From assembly GCA_964385615.1 (NCBI GenBank), contig CAYLPP010000012.1, forward strand, positions 16,865 through 80,864: a stretch of 64,000 bases of DNA. Direction: 5' to 3'. Below, in pieces: positions 58,459-64,000 of this stretch. The notes beneath the pieces were generated by a model. That model was not told where the DNA came from, did no database searches, and saw only the letters and a list, made by a program, of their open reading frames with translations. Both the position numbers and the translations under genes were made by a program. Numbering within the stretch: position 1 is the stretch's first letter; the number at the start of each line of letters is the position of its first letter. The stretch is from an uncultured bacterium (GTDB taxonomy: Bacteria > Omnitrophota > Omnitrophia > Omnitrophales > Aquincolibacteriaceae).

Positions 58459-59282
58459 TTTCTGCGATCCTTCACGATGTATTTGTTAGTGACCTTGTTA
58501 CGCGCGCGGGTGCGAAGGCCTTTGGCTTTCTGACCCCACGGGCTCTGCGGATGGTTACCGCCCTTGGACTTACCTTCACCACCGCCCATCGGATGGTCAA
58601 CCGGATTCTTGGCCACACCGCGGGAAGCGGGACGAATGCCAAGCCAGCGGTGACGGCCGGCTTTTCCAAGAGAAATATTTTCATGATCAATGTTTGAGCA
58701 TTGACCCACAGTCGCGTACGCGTTCAGAGCGATCATGCGGACTTCACCGGATGAAAGTTTGATGTGTGCGTATTCGTTTTCTTTTGAAAGGATCTGCGCA
58801 ACACCGCCGGCGGAACGGACTAACTGACCGCCCAAACCAGGATAAAGCTCGATATTATGAATCGCGGTGCCTTCAGGAATCAGACGAAGCGGCAGGTGAT
58901 TGCCAAGTTTCACTTCAGCTTTTTCACCGCTCATAACCGTCTGGCCGACAAGCAGGCCTTCAGGGCAAAGAATATAGCTTTTCTCGCCGTCCTGATACTG
59001 AATCAGAGCAATACGAGCGCTGCGGTTCGGATCATACTCAACCGTCAGAACCGTCGCGGGAACACCAAACTTATTACGGCGAAAATCCACCAGACGAAGA
59101 CGGCGCTTGTGGCCTCCCCCGCGGCGGCGAGCCGTAATATGACCATTGGAGTTGCGTCCGCCGGTTCTCTTTTTGATAATCGTAAGCGGTTTGTAAGGAC
59201 GATCCGTGGTAACGTCGGTAAAATCAGCAACGTTCGCGAAGCGCCGTGTCGGAGTTGTGGGTTTATATTTAATCAGTGCCAT
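58455..59282 (-). CDS. rplB: 50S ribosomal protein L2
   Basis: True start [14 protein letters not shown] (ATG at about 59282). The ORF-track upstream extension is an artefact. Confidence 0.9.
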   Translation of the reverse strand: MALIKYKPTTPTRRFANVADFTDVTTDRPYKPLTIIKKRTGGRNSNGHITARRRGGGHKRRLRLVDFRRNKFGVPATVLTVEYDPNRSARIALIQYQDGEKSYILCPEGLLVGQTVMSGEKAEVKLGNHLPLRLIPEGTAIHNIELYPGLGGQLVRSAGGVAQILSKENEYAHIKLSSGEVRMIALNAYATVGQCSNIDHENISLGKAGRHRWLGIRPASRGVAKNPVDHPMGGGEGKSKGGNHPQSPWGQKAKGLRTRARNKVTNKYIVKDRRK

Positions 59283-59293
59283 AAATTCCTCGG

Positions 59294-59581
59294 TTAAGCC
59301 GTGATATCGATTTTTTGGCCAGCCTTGACGGTAACAACCGCTTTCTTCCAATCCGCGGTTCTGCCCGGCTGATACCGGACGCGTCTCAACTTGCCGGAGT
59401 TATTAACAGTATTGACTTTGGTCACGGTCACGTTAAAAATTTTCTCAATCGCGGCCTTCACATCACGCTTGCTGGCCTTCGGATGAACCTTGAAAGCGTA
59501 CTTGTGGCTCTTTTCGGTTTCCTTGGTAATTTTTTCCGTGATCAAAGGTTCCTGAATAACGTTATAAAGATTCAGATTCAT
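59294..59581 (-). CDS. rplW: 50S ribosomal protein L23
   Basis: LYNVIQEPLITEKIT ... KVNTVN. Confidence 0.9.
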   Translation of the reverse strand: MNLNLYNVIQEPLITEKITKETEKSHKYAFKVHPKASKRDVKAAIEKIFNVTVTKVNTVNNSGKLRRVRYQPGRTADWKKAVVTVKAGQKIDITA

Positions 59582-60393
59582 GACTTCGACCCCTTCTTGG
59601 CGGCGCTTTTCTTAGCTTTAGAAGCCGCGCTCTTAGCTTTCACAGCGACCTTGGTTCTTTTCGCGGCGCGAACAGCGCTTTTAGCAGCCTTGCTCTTGAT
59701 CACGCGCTTCTTCGGCGCTTTCTCTTTCTTCTCTTCAACAGCAACAGCGGAAGTTCCGCTCGCTTCACCCAGAAGACGGACTTCAATGACAGAAACCGCA
59801 TCCTGCTCAAGCACGATTTTTTCACGCTGAAGAATATGGTAAGCATTTAAATCACTGGCGCGCTTCACATCAATCCACTGGCTCATATTCCGGCTGGCGC
59901 GTTCCAAATTTTCATCCACTTCTTTAACAATGCAAAGAGCGCGCTTGTCTTCCAGAGGAAGAGCGTTAAAAATACCGGCCCATTCTTTTGTCTTGGGCGT
60001 TTCGAGCTTGGCATCTTCAAGAAGAAGAATATTTTTCTGCTCACCGCGAAGGCTGAGAGCGGAAATCAAAGCCGCTTTACGCATCGTCTTCGGAAGGTTC
60101 ACGAAGAAAGAATGAGGCTGAGGACCGAAAACGGTACCGCCGCCACGCCAAATAGGAGAGCGGGTGGAACCGTGACGCGCGCGCCCCGTACCTTTTTGCT
60201 TCCAAGGCTTCTTACCGCCGCCGCGAATTTCCTTACGGACTTTTGTGTCCGCGGTTCCGTGACGGAGATTGTTGCTGTAAGCATTGCGCACGAGCTCAAG
60301 AAGACGGTTATTAATCCGCGCAGCAAAAATCTCGGGATTGAGAACCACTTCGCCTTTTTTCTTACCTTCTTTTGAATAAACCGTCGCCTTCAT
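59578..60393 (-). CDS. rplD: 50S ribosomal protein L4 with about 70-aa Lys/Ala-rich C-terminal extension
   Basis: True start MKATVYSKEGKKKGEVVL. The tail reads KSKAAKSAVRAAKRTKVAVKAKSAASKAKKSAAKKGSKS. Confidence 0.9.
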   Translation of the reverse strand: MKATVYSKEGKKKGEVVLNPEIFAARINNRLLELVRNAYSNNLRHGTADTKVRKEIRGGGKKPWKQKGTGRARHGSTRSPIWRGGGTVFGPQPHSFFVNLPKTMRKAALISALSLRGEQKNILLLEDAKLETPKTKEWAGIFNALPLEDKRALCIVKEVDENLERASRNMSQWIDVKRASDLNAYHILQREKIVLEQDAVSVIEVRLLGEASGTSAVAVEEKKEKAPKKRVIKSKAAKSAVRAAKRTKVAVKAKSAASKAKKSAAKKGSKS

Positions 60394-60479
60394 ATCTCTC
60401 TCTTTGTTGTCTTCGTGACGCTTAAAGGGATGAAAATCTCCCATCCCTCAGCATGACTCAGGAAGACACCTTTTTTTAA

Positions 60480-61199
60480 TTAAGCTTTTTCTTCAGGATT
60501 CTGAACTGCAGGAGCTTGTTCCGGGGAACTTGCTGTTTGGCCCTGAACCTTCCACTTGCGTCCTTTTGTCCCTCTTTTGAGCGCACTGCGCACAATGAGG
60601 TAACGTCCTTCAAAACCGGGCACCGAACCTTCAACCGCCAGAAGATTACTCGCTTCATCAACCTTCACAACCTTCAGGTTCTGCACCGTAATTTTCTTAT
60701 TGCCCATATGCCCGCCCATCTTCATACCCTTAATAACGCGGGAAGGAAATGAGGAGGCGCCGATAGAACCCGGACGGCGGCGCGACATATCACCATGGCT
60801 GAAAGTCTGAGCGCCTTTGAAATGATGACGCTTCACAACGCCCTGGAAACCGCGGCCGATTGAAGTGCCTTCAACGTCCACAAAATCACCAACCTGAAAA
60901 CTGCCGGCTCCAACTTCACTGCCGACCGCAAGACCCTCAACTTCTTCCGTGCGGATCTCGCGGATAAAATCCATCGGCGAAACACCAGCTTTTTTAAACT
61001 GGCCCTTTTGGGGCGCATTCAACTTTTTTTCTTTGCAGGCGTTAAAAGCAAGCTGAACCGCCACATAACCCTGCTTCTCTTTGGTTTTAAGATCCGTTAC
61101 TTTACAAGGACCAACCTCGAGAAGGGTCACAGGAATCTGCTTTCCTTCACCGTCAAACAACTGCGTCATTCCAATTTTTTTACCGAGTAAACCAATCAT
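60480..61199 (-). CDS. rplC: 50S ribosomal protein L3
   Basis: True start [16 protein letters not shown]-terminal approximately 25-aa extension. Confidence 0.9.
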   Translation of the reverse strand: MIGLLGKKIGMTQLFDGEGKQIPVTLLEVGPCKVTDLKTKEKQGYVAVQLAFNACKEKKLNAPQKGQFKKAGVSPMDFIREIRTEEVEGLAVGSEVGAGSFQVGDFVDVEGTSIGRGFQGVVKRHHFKGAQTFSHGDMSRRRPGSIGASSFPSRVIKGMKMGGHMGNKKITVQNLKVVKVDEASNLLAVEGSVPGFEGRYLIVRSALKRGTKGRKWKVQGQTASSPEQAPAVQNPEEKA

Positions 61200-61212
61200 T
61201 TTATCTTCTCTT

Positions 61213-61527
61213 TTATAATTTAATTTCGACATCCACACCGGCAGGCAGATCCAGCTTCATCAGAGCATCTACCGTGCGGGAGGTCGGTTCTTCAATTCCA
61301 ATAAGGCGTTTGTGCGTGCGCATTTCAAACTGATCACGGGATTTCTTATCGATTGTGGGACCCCGAAGAACCGTAGTCTTCCAAATACGGGTCGGAAGCG
61401 GAATCGGGCCGACAACTTTAGCGCCCGTGCGCTTGGCAGTGCCGACAATTTCCTGAACGGACTGGTCCAAAATGCGGTGATCGTAAGCTTTTAACTTGAT
61501 TCTGATTTTTTCTCTGTTTCCGGCCAT
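61213..61527 (-). CDS. rpsJ: 30S ribosomal protein S10
   Basis: [22 protein letters not shown] ... It directly follows fusA, with no tuf in between. Confidence 0.95.
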   Translation of the reverse strand: MAGNREKIRIKLKAYDHRILDQSVQEIVGTAKRTGAKVVGPIPLPTRIWKTTVLRGPTIDKKSRDQFEMRTHKRLIGIEEPTSRTVDALMKLDLPAGVDVEIKL

Positions 61528-61542
61528 ATTTTTTAAGGCAGT

Positions 61543-63639
61543 TTAATTAGAAACTGCCTGTTCTCCCATCACTTTATCTGCGATTTGTTTCGGAACTTGC
61601 TGGTAACTGTGCGGTTCCATCGTGTAATTCGCGCGGCCCTGTGACAGCGAGCGGATCGCGGTCGCATAACCGAACATTTCGGCAAGAGGAACCAGACCTT
61701 TAATGACTTTTAAATGTCCGCGGTTAGTCATTTCCTGGATAACGCAGCGGCGGGAATTCAAATCGCCGATGATGTCGCCCATATATTCTTCAGGAACAAT
61801 GACTTCCACAAGCATAATCGGCTCAAGAAGAACCGGCTTAGCTTTGCGGAAAGCTTCTTTAAAACCAAGAATACCGGCCATTTTGAAAGCGATTTCTGAA
61901 GAGTCAACGTCGTGGTAGCTGCCGTCAAAAACGGTAGCCTTAACGTCCGTAACCGGATAACCAGCCAGAACACCGCCGGCACAGGCATCCATAACACCGT
62001 CTTCGACAGCCGGAACATATTCACGAGGGATAGCACCGCCGACGACTTTATTTTCAAACTCAATCCCCTTACCTTTTTCAAGGGGTTCAATTCTCAAATA
62101 GCAGTGACCATACTGACCACGGCCGCCGGTTTGCTTAATAAACTTACCTTCGGCTTCCGCCGCGGCTGTAATTGTTTCTTTATAAGCGACCTGAGGCTTA
62201 CCGACGCTGACCTGCACGCCGTATTCGCGCTTCATAATATCGATCTTGATATCAAGGTGCAATTCACCCATACCGCCAATAAGCGTCTGAACCGTTTCCG
62301 CATCGCTCTTCACGCGGAAAGTCGGATCTTCAGAAACAAGGCGGCCGATCGCGTCAGACATTTTGTCACGATCCGCTTTGGTTTTAGGCTCAATAGACAT
62401 CCAGATAACCGGTTCAGGAACGAAAAGCTTTTCGAGAACGATCGGATGATTTTCATCAGAAAGGCTATCACCCGTCTTCACATCTTTAAGACCCACAGCG
62501 GCAACAATGTTTCCGGCACCCGCTTCTTCAATTTCTTCACGCTTGTTAGCGTGCATCAAAAGAAGACGGCCGATACGTTCTTTTTTACCGTTACGGGAAT
62601 TGTAAATATAAGAGCTGGACGTAAGCTTACCGGAATAAATACGGATATAGGTCAGAGAACCCACGAATTTATCGCTGGCAATTTTAAACGCGAAGCAGGC
62701 AAGAGGTTCGTTTTCATCCGCATGACGCTCAACTTCACTGTCGTCATTCGGGTTAATTCCCTTGATTGCGGGAACATCTTTAGGAGAAGGAAGGTAATCA
62801 ATAACTGAATCGAGGAGTTGCTGAACACCTTTATTTTTAAGCGAGGAACCGCAGATAACCGGGGTTAATTTCAAAGCGATTGTCGCGTGGCGGATGGCTT
62901 TCTTAAGTTCTTCCTTGGTCGGTTCATGTCCTTCGATAAACTTATTCATCAGAGCGTCATCATGCTCTGCTACTTTTTCAATCATATACGCGCGGGCTTT
63001 TTCGGCTTCTTCTTTTAAATCAGCCGGAATTTCAGCCGTATCAAACTTAGCGCCAAGAGTTTCATCATGAAAAAGATACGCCTTCATTTCGATCAGATCG
63101 ATCACGCCTTTAAACTTATCTTCAAGACCCACGGGAATCTGAATCGGAACAGCGTTCGCGGCAAGCTGGTCACGCATCTGCTGAACGTTTACTTCAAACT
63201 GAGCGCCGGTGCGGTCCATCTTATTAATGAAAGCAACGCGGGGAACACGGTAACGGTCCGCCTGACGCCAAACCGTTTCAGATTGAGGCTCAACACCTTC
63301 AACAGCGCCGAATACCGCGACGCAACCGTCAAGCACGCGGAGCGAACGCTCGACTTCAATCGTGAAATCTACGTGGCCCGGCGTATCAATAATATTAATA
63401 CGGCAGTCTTTCCAGAAACAGGTCGTGGCCGCGGACGTAATCGTGATACCGCGTTCCTGCTCCTGTTCCATCCAGTCCATAACCGCGGTTCCTTCGTGCA
63501 CTTCACCGATCTTGTAGGTTCGGCCAGTGTAATAAAGGATACGTTCCGTAGTCGTCGTTTTGCCGGCGTCAATGTGCGCAGCAATCCCGATGTTACGGAT
63601 TTTCTCAAGCGGATAATTAATTTTTTTATCGTCTGCCAT
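61543..63639 (-). CDS. fusA: elongation factor G
   Basis: [24 protein letters not shown]1 motif. 698 aa with all EF-G domains. Confidence 0.95.
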   Translation of the reverse strand: MADDKKINYPLEKIRNIGIAAHIDAGKTTTTERILYYTGRTYKIGEVHEGTAVMDWMEQEQERGITITSAATTCFWKDCRINIIDTPGHVDFTIEVERSLRVLDGCVAVFGAVEGVEPQSETVWRQADRYRVPRVAFINKMDRTGAQFEVNVQQMRDQLAANAVPIQIPVGLEDKFKGVIDLIEMKAYLFHDETLGAKFDTAEIPADLKEEAEKARAYMIEKVAEHDDALMNKFIEGHEPTKEELKKAIRHATIALKLTPVICGSSLKNKGVQQLLDSVIDYLPSPKDVPAIKGINPNDDSEVERHADENEPLACFAFKIASDKFVGSLTYIRIYSGKLTSSSYIYNSRNGKKERIGRLLLMHANKREEIEEAGAGNIVAAVGLKDVKTGDSLSDENHPIVLEKLFVPEPVIWMSIEPKTKADRDKMSDAIGRLVSEDPTFRVKSDAETVQTLIGGMGELHLDIKIDIMKREYGVQVSVGKPQVAYKETITAAAEAEGKFIKQTGGRGQYGHCYLRIEPLEKGKGIEFENKVVGGAIPREYVPAVEDGVMDACAGGVLAGYPVTDVKATVFDGSYHDVDSSEIAFKMAGILGFKEAFRKAKPVLLEPIMLVEVIVPEEYMGDIIGDLNSRRCVIQEMTNRGHLKVIKGLVPLAEMFGYATAIRSLSQGRANYTMEPHSYQQVPKQIADKVMGEQAVSN

Positions 63640-63693
63640 AAATTCCTTCAGGTAAAAACCGCGTAGAGCGGTGTAAGCCTTTTGTCCGCTGAC

Positions 63694-64000
63694 TTACCAG
63701 CGATAGTGTGCAAATGCGCGGTTTGATTCCGCCATTTTGTGGACGTCTTCTCTTTTCTTGAACGCAGAACCGGTCTTGTTGTAACCGTCGAGGAGTTCCT
63801 CGGCCAGCTTCACATGCATCGGTTTGCCCTTCCTTGCTTTCGCGAAGGAACGAACCCAACGCATCGCCAAGGTATTTCCGCGTTCGGGGCGAACACTAAT
63901 AGGAACTTGATATGTAGCGCCACCCACCCTGCGGGATTTTGTCTCAAGCAAAGGGCGTACATTATCTATCGATTTCTTGAAAACTTCAAGAGGTTCTTTT
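63694..64000 (-). CDS. rpsG: 30S ribosomal protein S7, C-terminal part (5' end beyond the window)
   Basis: [16 protein letters not shown]...[19 protein letters not shown] is the conserved S7 C-terminus. The ORF continues to the window edge. Confidence 0.85.
   Translation of the reverse strand, partial: KEPLEVFKKSIDNVRPLLETKSRRVGGATYQVPISVRPERGNTLAMRWVRSFAKARKGKPMHVKLAEELLDGYNKTGSAFKKREDVHKMAESNRAFAHYRW

Noticed and set aside
54547-60444. ORF-track N-terminal extensions of rplE, rpsH, rplB, rplD and rplC
   Set aside because: The extensions read through the upstream ribosomal gene in another frame. Conserved internal Met starts ([50 protein letters not shown]) give canonical proteins with tight gene spacing.
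52485-63666. Long plus-strand ORFs antisense to ribosomal genes (52485-53030, 53461-53946, 55923-56483, 56729-57481, 61912-62808, 63067-63666)
   Set aside because: They are shadow ORFs opposite highly expressed, conserved r-protein and fusA genes.

Overview
This 64 kb window is a minus-strand-dominated bacterial chromosomal segment at about 50-52% GC. It is probably from an uncultivated lineage. Giant genes and Lys/Ala-rich ribosomal-protein tails hint at an Omnitrophota/PVC-like organism, but that is low confidence.

The right-hand third (45.7-64 kb) is the conserved str/S10/spc/alpha ribosomal super-operon: rpsG (partial), fusA, rpsJ, rplC, rplD, rplW, rplB, rpsS, rplV, rpsC, rplP, rpmC, rpsQ, rplN, rplX, rplE, rpsN (Zn type), rpsH, rplF, rplR, rpsE, rplO, secY, adk, map, infA, rpmJ, rpsM, rpsK, rpsD, rpoA, rplQ. 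It has no tuf between fusA and rpsJ and no rpmD.

The centre (18-38 kb) is housekeeping: ispE, hisG, a ZIP transporter, mgtC, tsaD, gatCAB, crcB, an ECF sigma/anti-sigma pair, PAP2, pdxA, rsmA, surA-like, a domain-minimal mfd, and an SLC13 transporter.

The most unusual object is a 14.8 kb gene (2807-17614, minus) encoding a 4935-aa signal-peptide-bearing multi-enzyme protein. It is punctuated 15 times by a conserved R-S-E-x-R (consensus A-R-S-E-L/V-R-A) motif. The motifs split it into about 16 domain-sized modules: several class-I methyltransferase-like, one GNAT-like, one HprK-like P-loop module and an N-terminal TraB/GumN-like module. This looks like a polyprotein or modular 'enzyme factory'.

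Between the ribosomal cluster and the housekeeping block (39-44.5 kb) lies an accessory patch:
- a low-GC DUF3800 + HTH two-gene island;
- two diverged paralogous 80-aa proteins;
- a BrnT/BrnA toxin-antitoxin pair;
- an ORF6N (KilA-N-like) gene carrying an in-frame 36-bp tandem triplication of perfect palindromes, with a fourth palindrome at its stop codon;
- an O-methyltransferase;
- a secreted NGY/Q-rich tandem-repeat protein.

Also present are an unannotated tRNA-Gln(UUG) directly upstream of the giant gene and a 32-aa bS22-like micro-ORF.
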